DNA from: an uncultured Chloroflexia bacterium
Lineage (GTDB): Bacteria; Chloroflexota; Ktedonobacteria; Ktedonobacterales; JADMIN01
Reading direction: 5' to 3'
NCBI GenBank assembly: GCA_963702665.1
Contig: CAVPDP010000018.1
Coordinates: 59,130 to 123,129 of the forward strand
Length of the DNA stretch: 64,000 nucleotides
Under the pieces are notes generated by a model that saw only the letters and a program-made list of their open reading frames with translations, did not search any database and was not told the origin of the DNA. Position numbers and translations under genes: made by a program. Shown piece by piece: positions 50,905 through 61,050 of this stretch (position 1 is its first letter; each line of letters starts with the position of its first letter).

Positions 50905-52174
50905 GATGAGCTTGATGGATGAGCCTGACTTTGAGGTGACAGACCTGCGCACTGGCCTGCCAGATGAGCGGGTGTATGCGCGTGACGATGAGCGCAAGAA
51001 GCGCAGGCGACGGCTGGGTGTCGTCGTGACGGTGCTGGCGCTGCTCGCTGTCCTCGTGCTGCCGTTCATCAGCGTGCCTGGCTTTGGCGCGACAGTGCGT
51101 CAGGCGCTGCGTCTGCCGTCGCCTACCCCAGCGCCATCGCTCGCATTGGGCGGAGACATCATCTACTTCGAGCATGGCCTGCCCTGGGGCGCGCTGCTGA
51201 TGGATGGCAAATCTGTGACCAATGTGGAGACGGAGCAGCCCTATACCGGCTTCGAGGCGCTCTACACGTCCTTTCACATCCCCTATGGACGCCATCTGCT
51301 GGAATATCGCGCCCAACTCTTCCCGACGCTGCACTGCTGGATCAGCACTCCCGCAGCGCGGAGTGATACCTGTCCGCTGGTGCGTGACCGCAGCGTGCAG
51401 GATGTGACGCCGCCGTTCCCCGCGGAGCGTGTGGTGAATCTTGGCGGCGATCCGGCGGCGCTCTCGCCCGACCTGCGCGCCTCGCTGGTGGCCGCCGCGG
51501 CGCCCGTCATCGCGGCGCTCTCGGCCAGCACCACCGTCGCCCCTGGTGATACCTTCGCCGGTACGGGTGGCGCGCCACAGGTGGCGGACGCCAGCATGAC
51601 CGCGACACTGAGCTACGCCATCGCCACCGATCCAGCGAACACCTACACGATTCCGGGGAATACCCACAGTTGCGCGATCCTCTGCGCGATTCAGCCCGCC
51701 TCGTATGTCAACAATTCCCAGGCGCAGTGGGTCGTCGCGGCGCATGTGCGCCCGATGTGGACGTATACGCAGGGCAACGGCGCCACCTTCGTGGGGAGCG
51801 CCGCGCCGCAGGGGATTCTGCCTGATAGCGTCGTGCCGCTGAGCGTGAGTTGGAACGGCGCGTGGCAGGTGAAGATCGCCGATTCGCTGGCCACCAGCCC
51901 TATCTGCTTTATCGCGCTCAACCTCTTCGCGGCGCTCCATCTGGCGGGCGCGCCACTCTCCAGCCTGAAGATGCTCTCCGCGCCGACGCCCGCCGATGGC
52001 TGTCTCGCCACTGGGGACGCGGTGGATGCGACGGGGGTGCCGCGCATTCCGTTCACGGTGATGTATCGCTTCGGGCTGCTCTTCGCGGTGGACGCTGAGG
52101 CGCGGCTGCTGTTGCCGGGGATGCGCGCCGCCGATACGCGATTACAGGCGCTGGCGCGCGCGTGGCAGGGGTGA
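50905..52174 (+). CDS. Membrane-anchored hypothetical protein
   Basis: DEPDFEVTDL...RKKRRRR, TM helix, PSPTP linker and a Cys-containing extracellular domain. Confidence 0.7.
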
Positions 52175-52281
52175 GAGATGCCCGGTAGGTAAACACCGCT
52201 ATGGATCCAGATTCCTCTCCTACAAGGAGAGGAGGAACCAGAATCCGCCGTAGTCACAGCACCCACTGGCACGTTTTGCGC

Positions 52282-53889
52282 TTACTTGCCGAAGAAACGT
52301 TGGGTGAAGGTGGCGATGAAGCTGACCTCGATGAACAGGCCGAAGATGGCTTCAATGGCCGCCAGGATTGCCACAGGGTCGCCAGGACTCTGCACCGGCT
52401 GGAAGAAGCCGCGCCCATGAAAGCTGGCGATGCTGAGGACAATGGCCTCATACCAGGCGATCTGATGGAACTGGGTAGCGGGGAGACCAAACGTGAGGAT
52501 GCCTGAGCCTGCCAGCAGGTAGAGCACGGTGAACACGGCAAGCACCAGCACGTAGGTATAGAGGCTGCGTTGAGGTTTATAGCCATGGCCCGCCACCCGG
52601 TCGAGGAACCAGGAGAAGACGGCGCGTCCCCGCTTGTGCTGCTGCCAGAACACTTGCCGCTGGAGCACCTGGGCGCGATAGGCGAACTGGTCGGCCTCCT
52701 CGTTCATCCCCTGGTCGCGGAGCGCCGTGGCAAGTTGACGGTTGGCGCGCACTGCCGCACGGAACGCCTCTAGCTTCTCCCCTGCCTGCCGTTGGTTATG
52801 GGTGGCGCGCGCTGCCCGCAGTTGCTGACGAGATGGCTTGCCGTCTGGCCGCTTGAATGGTTCGGGCTTCCATGCCCAGGCGACGCGCTCGTCGCCCAGT
52901 TGAGGCGCTGGCTCGATCAGCGGCGTCCAGTCTATCACGGCGAGGTTGGCTCCGCCCCAGCGCAGATCGGCCACGCGCACAGTCCCGTGTTGCGCATCGC
53001 CCAGGGTGATGTCCTTGAGGGTGGTCGCGGCGTCCAATACGGCTTCACGCAGATCAGCGGGTAACAGCGTCGCTGGGAAGTCCATAAGCCACGTTTGGAG
53101 GCGCCCTGAAGAACGGGACGGCATCGGCGGGGGTGCCCCCACAACCCACGCTCGGATGCGTGCCAAGTCGGAATCGTTCGGTGCGTAGGTCTTGCCTTCA
53201 AGGTGCGCCCCACCGAGGTCGGCGCCCTCCAGATGTGCCTCACCGAGGATGGCGCCCTCCAGGTGCGCGTGGCTGAGGCGAGCAGCCTCTAGGTGCGCGC
53301 CGTAGAGGTCGGCGCCCTCCAGATGTGCCTCACCGAGGATGGCGCCCTCCAGGTGCGCGTCGTTGAGGGCAGCGCGCTCCAGACGCCGGATCTGAGGATG
53401 GGCGCGCTCCGAGCGCGCCATTGAGGATGGCGCCCTCCAGGTGCGCCCCACTGATGGAGGTCTGCTCCAGGTGCGCGTGGCTGAGGATGGCGCCCTCCAG
53501 ATGCGCGCCATTGAGGATGGCGCCCTCCAGATGCACCCCGTCGAAGAAGGTCCGTTCGAGGAAGGCTCGCCCCGGCCCGCGTTGTTGAAGATGGCCTTCT
53601 CCAGTTCCGCTCGATCAGGCACCATGCCGAACGCGTCACGCCCGCTTCTATCGACCAGCCACGCCACATCAGCCCCCGTGAGCCGCACCCCCGCCTCGCC
53701 TGTCCAACGGCAAACGATCCCTTGCGCTCTCCATGGTCGGCCTCGGTGCCTTCCACGCGGTCGAGGTAGCCTTTGTAACTCTGCCTTCCGCGCCTCGCTG
53801 ATGGGATCGCCCCATGTAGGGACTTGCGCCTGTGCTTGCTCGCCTACCTGCTCGTCACTCATGCCGCTGCTCGCTTTCGCCTGGTTCAT
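52282..53889 (-). CDS. Pentapeptide-repeat protein with C-terminal membrane domain, paralog 1 (compensating indels)
   Basis: AHLEGA(D/I)L repeats; AAVRANRQLA...FAYRAQVLQRQ...GHGYKP...SIASFHGRGFF...FIATFTQRFFGK. Confidence 0.85.
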   Translation of the reverse strand: MNQAKASSGMSDEQVGEQAQAQVPTWGDPISEARKAELQRLPRPRGRHRGRPWRAQGIVCRWTGEAGVRLTGADVAWLVDRSGRDAFGMVPDRAELEKAIFNNAGRGEPSSNGPSSTGCIWRAPSSMARIWRAPSSATRTWSRPPSVGRTWRAPSSMARSERAHPQIRRLERAALNDAHLEGAILGEAHLEGADLYGAHLEAARLSHAHLEGAILGEAHLEGADLGGAHLEGKTYAPNDSDLARIRAWVVGAPPPMPSRSSGRLQTWLMDFPATLLPADLREAVLDAATTLKDITLGDAQHGTVRVADLRWGGANLAVIDWTPLIEPAPQLGDERVAWAWKPEPFKRPDGKPSRQQLRAARATHNQRQAGEKLEAFRAAVRANRQLATALRDQGMNEEADQFAYRAQVLQRQVFWQQHKRGRAVFSWFLDRVAGHGYKPQRSLYTYVLVLAVFTVLYLLAGSGILTFGLPATQFHQIAWYEAIVLSIASFHGRGFFQPVQSPGDPVAILAAIEAIFGLFIEVSFIATFTQRFFGK

Positions 53890-54058
53890 GCACTGCGTGT
53901 CCACGGATCCTCTGTGCGGTGTTACCATCAGATTGATTGCTCGGTGTGGCTATTCTACGCCAAGTAGCTTGTGACAGACACAGGCGCTATCATCGCATGG
54001 ATGCAAGCGCCAGGTGGATGCGATGGTTGCGCGGATCGTAGGGCGAGAGCGCCAGCGC

Positions 54059-55378
54059 CTACCGTGCGAAGAATCGCTGAATGAGCATCGCCACAAAGAC
54101 ACCCTCGATCACGATGCCGACGATGGATTCGAGCGTCGCCAGCCAGGATTGCAGCGTATCAAGCCCGAGCTGCGTGAAGAAGACGCGGCCATGAATCGCG
54201 TTGAGGCTGACCTGGAGCGCATCGAGCATCTGCTGTTGCAAGGACAGGTGCGCCTGTGTCTGTGTCAGGCCCGTCACGCCGCCAGCGAGAAAGTAACCGA
54301 CGGCAAAGAGCAGCACCGCGAAGCCATATACGACGAAGATGCGTCGGAGGCGATAGCCATAGCCCGCCAGGCCAGCCAATAGCCACGAGAAGAGATAGCC
54401 GCCGAGCTTGCGTTGGTAGCGCAAGACTTGGCGTTGGAGCACCTGCGCGCGATAGGCGAAGCGGTCGCCGTCCTCAGCGAGTCCCTGGCCCTGGAGGTTG
54501 ACCGAGAGCACCCGATTGGCGCGCACTGCCGCCTTGTAGTCACTGAGGCGCCTGTCGCGTGTCTTGCGTTTGCCGTCGCTGTCTTTGCGTGCGCGTGCGG
54601 TGTGTTCGTCTCCTAACGCGGTGACAAGGCTCCAGTCCACAACGGTCAGATTGGTATTGTCGAAGATGACCTGATCGAAGGAAGCGCCAGTGAGGACGGC
54701 ATCGTTGAGGCGAGACGCTTTGTCAAAGCTAGCCTCGCGGAGGAAGGCGCCTCTAAGGTGGGCCGCGCCGAGGTCGGCGCCCTCCAGGTGGGCCTGGTAG
54801 AGGTCGGCGCCCTCCAGGCGGGCGCCCTCCAGGTGGGCGCCCTCCAGGTGGGCTGCGTAGAGGGTGGCGCTTCCCAGGTAGGCCGCGCGGAGGAAGGCAC
54901 CTCCCAGGTGGGCAAAGCGGAGGTCGGCGCCTCCCAGGTGGGCAAAGCGGAGGTCGGCGCCTCCCAGGTGGGCAAAGCGGAGGTCGGCGCCTCCCAGGTG
55001 GGCAAAGCGGAGGTCGGCGCCTCCCAGGTGGGCCGCGCCGAGGTCGGCGTCCTCCAGGTGGGCCCGGGTGAGGATGGCGCCCTCTAGGTGGAGATTCGGT
55101 ACGCCTCCGTTCTCATCGCGGCCACTCTGCTCGGCGAGCCAGGCGACATCGGCGCCGCTGAGCTGTATGCCATCGAACGGGCCTCTCCGCTTCCCGTGGT
55201 CGGCATCAGGCGCATTCCACGCATCAAGGATGTTCTGTAACTCGGCTTGGCGTTCGGCGCTGATGAGATCGCCCCAGCGTGTACCAATCGCCTCAGGATG
55301 CGGACAGGCGCTCTCAGACGCGAGAGACACAGCGGCCTGGCTTGGTTGGCTCACCTGCTGACTGGTGTCGTCTGGCAT
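54059..55378 (-). CDS. Pentapeptide-repeat protein with C-terminal membrane domain, paralog 2 (intact)
   Basis: ISAERQAEL...GPFDG...AHLGGADLRF x4...GYGYR...NAIHGRVFF...QRFFAR. Confidence 0.9.
   Translation of the reverse strand: MPDDTSQQVSQPSQAAVSLASESACPHPEAIGTRWGDLISAERQAELQNILDAWNAPDADHGKRRGPFDGIQLSGADVAWLAEQSGRDENGGVPNLHLEGAILTRAHLEDADLGAAHLGGADLRFAHLGGADLRFAHLGGADLRFAHLGGADLRFAHLGGAFLRAAYLGSATLYAAHLEGAHLEGARLEGADLYQAHLEGADLGAAHLRGAFLREASFDKASRLNDAVLTGASFDQVIFDNTNLTVVDWSLVTALGDEHTARARKDSDGKRKTRDRRLSDYKAAVRANRVLSVNLQGQGLAEDGDRFAYRAQVLQRQVLRYQRKLGGYLFSWLLAGLAGYGYRLRRIFVVYGFAVLLFAVGYFLAGGVTGLTQTQAHLSLQQQMLDALQVSLNAIHGRVFFTQLGLDTLQSWLATLESIVGIVIEGVFVAMLIQRFFAR
54901..55020. repeat. Four exact 30-bp tandem repeats (coding)
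   Basis: CTCCCAGGTGGGCAAAGCGGAGGTCGGCGC x4. Confidence 0.95.
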
Positions 55379-55437
55379 AGAAAGGTTCCTCTCGTTCGAC
55401 TGGCGCTCGTTATGTCTGCCGTCTAGCGGCTGCGCAT

Positions 55438-56857
55438 TTACCGATTCCCAAAGTACCGCTGGGTGAACGTGGCAATGAAGCTGATCTCGATGAAGAGCCC
55501 AATCACCGCCTCGATGGAGGCCAGCGCTGCAACGGGATCACCGAGACTCTGGATCGGTTGGAAGAAGCCGCGCCCGTGGAAAGAAGACACACTCAGAATG
55601 AGCGCTTCGTACCACGGCAGCGGCGCGAATGTACGAGGGCGCAGGGCAAGCCAAAGGGCACCCAGCCATGTGTCGCTTGCATGTACATGAAGGCGAAGCT
55701 GGCAATGGTCGACCAGATACCAGAAGACGCTGCGTCCTGGGTGGTAACCATAACCAGCGAGAATCGCGAGAACCCAGGAGAAGAGCCAGCGCAGCAGATC
55801 GCTGGGGAGCCGCCAGGGGCGACGCCAATCTTCCAGCAGCTGCGGAAGAGCAGCTTACGCTGGCGGATCTGGGCACGGTAGGCGAAACGATCGGCGATAT
55901 CGCTATGCCTTGATCGCGCAGAGCTGGGCAGCACCTGACGATAGGCGCGCACCACGTTGCGATGAGATCGCGATCATGGCTACGCAAGCGAGATGTCACG
56001 CTCATCGGCCTAAGCGCTGATCGCTCCCACCGGCATGCCGTGAGATAGCACCACGCCAGTGGATATCGCCGAGTGCGGCATATGCGGTTGCGGAACAGAC
56101 AGGAGGTAGAGGGCATCGCTGAATATCCTCAAGTGGCAAAGATGCACGTCGTTAGAGTCGTCGTTTATCGTACAGCTGGGCTCGCGGAGGTCGGCGCCCT
56201 CCAGCTGGGCCCCGCGGAGGTCGGCGCCGTCAGCTGTGCCTCGATGAGGGTGGCGTCCGCCAGGTGGGCCTCGGTGAGGCTGGCGTCCGCCAGGTGGGCC
56301 TCGGTGAGGTCGGCGCGCTCCAGCTGGGCGAAGCTGAGGTCGGCGCGCTCCAGGTGGGCCGACGCTGAGGTCGGCGCCCTCCAGGTGGGCCGCCGCAGAG
56401 GTTGGCGCGCTCCAGGTGGGCCTCGCTGAGGTTGGCGCCCTCCAGGTGGGCCCCGACTGAGGTAGGCGCGCTCCAGGTGGGCCGGGCTGAGGTCGGCGCG
56501 CTTCAGGTGGGCGAGGCGAGGTCGGCGTCCTCCAGGTGGGCCAGCTGAGGTTGGCGCCTCCAGGTGGGCCGCGCGGAGGTTGGCGCCCTCCAGGTGGGTC
56601 GACTGAGGTCGGCGCCCTCCAGGTGGAGGTTCGGTACGCCTCCGATCTCATCGCGCCCACTCTGCTCGGCGAGCCAGGAGACATCGGCCCCAGTAAGCCC
56701 GTATGCAATCGAACGGGCCCTTCCGCGCGCCGTGGTCGGCATCAGGCGCATTCCACGCATCAAGGATGTTCTGCAACTCCGCCTGGCGTTCGGCGCTGAT
56801 GGGCTGCCCATACGCATCTTGGGACTGCTGGGACTCCTGGCCGCTCGTCTCTGCCAT
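55438..56857 (-). CDS. Pentapeptide-repeat protein with C-terminal membrane domain, paralog 3 (heavily frameshifted: pseudogene or poor consensus)
   Basis: Same N-terminus (ISAERQAELQNILDAWNAPDADHG), repeat tract and FHGRGFFQP...FIATFTQR end, spread across frames. Confidence 0.75.
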
Positions 56858-57071
56858 TGCTGCTACCCTCGCTCATATCTCACTCACTTCTCACTTCCGC
56901 ACCGCACTTGATGCAGGAGCGCATGCCCTTCAGGCAGCCAGTCTAGCAGTGGCGTCAACCGAGCCGCAATGAACGCCAGCAGCCACCTCAGCAGACACCC
57001 AAACAGACGCCGACTAATGCCTATGTGTTGGCGCCTGCCATGTTGTTCCTCGAAACCAGGCTGCGCTATTC

Positions 57072-57505
57072 TCACCCCGCCATCGTCTCTTCCGCCACCA
57101 ACGTCACCCGCGCCAGCGCATCCACCAGCCGCACCGTCGCCACGCTCACCGTCACCACCTGGCCGATCAGCCGCACGATATACTGCGGGTCGTCGTCGCG
57201 GTTGGGATCGCTGGTGATGCCGCTGCGGCTATCCGTGCCGACGTGGTACTGATCGATCACCCATTCGAGGGCGGAGCGGTTGCCCAGGCGATAGCGATAG
57301 ACCTCCGCCGGGATGCCCTCCAGCGTCAGCCAGTCGTTATAGGCGAGGGCCGTCTTCTCGGCGTTCAGGCGCATCCGCTTCTCGCCCACGCGCCAGTCTA
57401 CCCGCTCGCCCGGCGCCTCGCGCTTGGCCAGCGGATACTCGTCCGCCTGCTCGTAGCCCAGGTGCAGCGTCGCTAGCTCCCCGCCGATGCGCGCCACCTC
57501 GCGGG
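57072..57505 (-). pseudogene. C-terminal remnant of a type ISP restriction-modification enzyme
   Basis: YRYRLGNRSALEWVIDQY...DSRSGITSDPN...YIVRLIGQVVTVSVAT; no upstream helicase or methyltransferase. Confidence 0.8.
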
Positions 57506-57597
57506 CTGCAGAGACCAGACCACCAGCCGTCTGCCAGTTGTCGGGGTCTATTATCGCAGTGAGAGGCATAGAGGGCAAGGGGGCGCAATCGGGAAAG

Positions 57598-57792
57598 AGA
57601 CGACTGGCGGCTGAAGCCGCGCCTAAGGGTCGCGCAGGCGCGACCGCGAAGCCTGCCTGCGCAGGCTGCCAGAGACCAGAGTGGATGCTCTCTGGAGGCC
57701 GCGGAGGCGGCCTTCGCGGCGTAGCCCTTAGCCGCGCGTTCACGCGCCTGGGCATCGACACCGCCTGCCGTCTCGCCGCGTTTACCGCCTGC
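57598..57792 (-). repeat. Family B repeat (long form)
   Basis: Reverse complement of the 50660-50865 element. Confidence 0.85.
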
Positions 57793-57853
57793 CGTCATGG
57801 CATGTCCGCGCTATTTTCTAAAAACCGCCATTGATGCCCGCCCACTCCCCGGC

Positions 57854-59009
57854 CTACGACACCCTGGCGATGGAGCCGAGCAGCGCCCGCGCGATCACGA
57901 TGCGCTGAATCTGGTTGGCGCCCTCGAAGATCTGTGCGACCTTCACATCGCGCATGTAGCGCTCCACCGGCCAGTCGCGCACGTAGCCCGCGCCGCCAAG
58001 CACCTGCACCGCGTCGGTCGTGACGGCCATCGCGCTATCGGTGGCAAAGCACTTCGCCATCGCCGCGTAGGGCGTGGCATTCTCCCCCTCATCCATCTTG
58101 AACGCCGCCTGATAGACCAGCAGCCGCGACGCCTCGATCTTCATCGCCATATCGGCCAGCAGAAACTGGATGCCCTCGAACGCGCCAATCGGCTTGCCAA
58201 ACGCGAGGCGCTCCTGGGCGTAGCGTGTGCTGACATCCAGCGCCGCCTGGGCGACCCCGGTGGCAATCGCGCCGATGTTGATGCGCCCGCCATCGAGCGA
58301 CGAGAGCGAAATCGTGAGGCCGTCGCCCTCGTGACCCAGCAGATGCGCCGCTGGCACGCGGCAATCCTCGAAGATCGAGTTCGCCGGTTGGGCTGGAGTG
58401 CAGGCCCATCTTGCGCTCCAGCTTGCCGATGCTGAAGCCGGGCGTCTCCTTCTCGACGATCAGCGTGCTGACGCCACGTGGGCCAGCGTCGGGATCGGTG
58501 CGCGCCATCACCGCGTAGACATCGGCCTGGCCCGCGCTCGTCACCCAGAACTTCGTGCCATTGAGGATGTAGTCATCGCCATCACGCCGCGCCAGGCAGC
58601 GGATGCTGGCGACATCGGAACCCGCGTGCGCCTCACTGAGCGCAAACGCGCCGAGCGACTCACCCGCCGCCATGCGGGGCAGCCAGCGCTGGCGCTGCTC
58701 ATCGTCGCCGAATTTGGCGATCAGCCCGCTCACCATATTGTGGACGGCGAGCCAGACGGCGGTGGACATATCGGCCTGGGCGATCTGCTCATAGATGACG
58801 GCGCCGGTCAGCCGCGAGAGTTGCGCGCCGCCATACTCCTCCGGGACGAGTGTGCCCGCCAGCCCCAGCTCGCCCAGCGCCGGAAAGAGTTCACGCGGGA
58901 AGTAGCTTTCCTCGTCCCACTGTTCGGCGTGCGGCGCGATCTCCTGCTGCGCGAATTTGCGCACCAGGTCGCGTATCTCCTGTTGCTCGTCATCGAGACG
59001 TAAGAACAT
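57854..59009 (-). CDS. Acyl-CoA dehydrogenase; frameshift near 58375
   Basis: FALSEAHAGSD, NGTKFWVT, KMGLHSSPT, GGAGYVRDWPVERYMRD, IFEGANQIQR. Confidence 0.93.
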
Positions 59010-59039
59010 CGGTGTTCCTCATCCTTTCATGGCCATTAT

Positions 59040-59190
59040 GCGCCTGGCGGCTGGCGGCGAAGCCGCGCCTAAGCGCCTGCGGCGGCAAAGGCCGCCTCCG
59101 CGGCCTCCAGAGCAGACCCTCGCTCTGCAGCCTGCGCAGGCAGGCTTCGCGGCGGAGCGCAGCCAGCCCTTAGCCGCGCATTACGCGCCA
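59040..59190. repeat. Family B repeat
   Basis: GGCGGCGAAGCCGCGCCTAAG...GGCCGCCTCCGCGGCCTCC...GCAGCCTGCGCAGGCAGGC. Confidence 0.8.
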
Positions 59191-59272
59191 GGGGTATCTC
59201 ATCTCACCTGATTGTGGCATGTGAGCGGGGAGTAGGGCAACTATGGAGATAGTCCATGAAGCGTTGGGGAGC

Positions 59273-59395
59273 CAGAACCTCACCCCCAGCCCCTCTCCTA
59301 CGAGGAGAGGGGAGTCCATTGGGACGCCATCGCCACACTGTTCGCCTAGTCCCTCCCCTCGTAGGGGAGGGTGGCCGAAGGCCGGGAGAGGTTCG
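59273..59395 (-). repeat. Family A repeat
   Basis: CCTCACCCCCAGCCCCTCTCC...GGAGAGGGG...CCCTCCCCTCGTAGGGGAGGGTGGCCGAAGGCCGGGAGAGG. Confidence 0.85.
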
Positions 59396-59430
59396 CGCCC
59401 GCGATGACCCGATCAACACAGGAAACACCA

Positions 59431-61050
59431 TCAAGGCCGGGACTCGCCATGCTGCTCAGCCAGCCAGCGCCGCACCGCCTCGGCGGCGTCGACGGTCTCT
59501 GGCGGGGCGGGCAGCGCAGCCTCTGGGTCGGGCTGGCCATAGCGCGCCTGCTCATAGGCGTGGGTCAACGTCCCCAGCGCCCCGGCGACATCGGGCGTCG
59601 GCGCGGCTCCGGCGTGCAGCGGATCATCGCTGGTGATGCGCCGCTGATACTCGCGCGGGGTCTCGGCGGCCCGGCGCGTGTGTCCCACGATGCGGCGGCG
59701 GCCAGCGTATCGCGATAGACCCGGCGCACGCTCCCCACGGCGAGGTCATCAGTCGCTGGCGCATCCTGCGTCGGCCCACGGCGGAAGGCGTCGAAGAAGC
59801 GGCGCAGCTGGCCACGGAGAATCTCGCGGGCATCCAGCATCGTGCGCTCCTCTGAAAACGCGCGCTCCCGTCGCCGCTCCGTGAAGCGACTCAACACGCG
59901 CGCCAACAGCACCAGCGCGACGACGACGATCAGGATGACGGCTCCCCAGCGCATCACCGTCAGCCATTCGGCCGGGATCAGGCTGGTTGGGGAGTTATGC
60001 ACCGGCGGAGCGCAGGCCGACGCTGGCACAGACACACTGCCCGCTGGCCCCGCGACGACCGTGGGCTTGCACGCTGGCAGTGGCGTCGGAATCGTCAGCG
60101 GCTTCGGAGGCCCCAGCCGGTGAAAATAGGCTGCCAGCCACTCAATGGGCTTATTCAGTATCAGATAGATGAGGACGAAGATCGGCGTGAGGATGAACTG
60201 AACCGCTTCGAGCAGCCCATTCACGACGTTGCCCGCAGCGATGGCGAGTAGACGCACCGACTGGCGCGAGATGAGCGTCGTCAGCGTCAGCGCCAGCAGC
60301 GAAAGTCCGAGACTGAGGCCCAGGCTGGCCGCGAGCCACGCCCGCGTGAAGACCGGAGGCATTGACGCCGGCTGGTCGCCGTGATAGGCGTTGCGCATCT
60401 CATAGGACGCATCGCGCGCCTGAGCCAGCGTCAGGCCCATCGGCCCCACAAAGAGCAGCAGCGCCAGCAGCAGCGAGAGATAGCTCGCCGTCAGATCGCG
60501 CGCCGCCCCCTGGATGGCTCCGGCGCCCGCCAGCGCCGCGATAGTCACCCCAAGCGCCAGAATGAAACGGAGGTACATCCGCTCATGCGCCACACGTCCA
60601 CGGCTGAGCGCGAGGCCGCGCCACCACAGCCAGGCCACCAGCAACGCCAGCGCCACCGGGCCACCAGTATCGCTGCCACCAGCGAGAAAGGCGCGGGCAG
60701 TTGGCGAGAGCCAGTAGGTGGCAAAGAGTGAAAGCGGCCCCAGCACCGCTACCACTACGGTCAGCAAAAGCGTGTTGATGCGTCTGCGGCGGGGGTCTGT
60801 CGTCGGCGCCACGGGTAAACAACACGCCGAGCCAGCGTATGGCAAGGATCAGCAATAACATCCACCAGAAAGGCATACCGGCATTGTTAGGGTCGCCGGT
60901 GTCATAGGCCGCCAGCATCAGCAGCCAGCAGAAGATGGGCAGGGTTTCCAGAGCGCAGGCGGCGATAATCACCAGCAGATCCGCCACCCGCTCGGTGCGT
61001 GACTGCGCCTCGGGGCGACTCTGAGGCGGCAACGTCCTGAGAGCGTTCAT
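59431..61050 (-). CDS. DUF4129-containing multi-pass membrane protein (indels)
   Basis: Many TM helices; C-terminal VRRVY...ETPREY...LTHAYEQARYG. Confidence 0.8.

Noticed and set aside
54760..56630. 30-bp periodic repeats as a CRISPR array
   Set aside because: No unique spacers and no cas genes; the period matches two pentapeptide units in a coding frame.
52282..56857. Diversity-generating retroelement acting on the paralogs
   Set aside because: No reverse transcriptase in the window and no adenine-specific template/variable repeat pair noticed.
56880..57045. Small membrane ORF upstream of pentapeptide paralog 3
   Set aside because: An SD and ATG are present but an early stop follows; it cannot be reconstructed with confidence.
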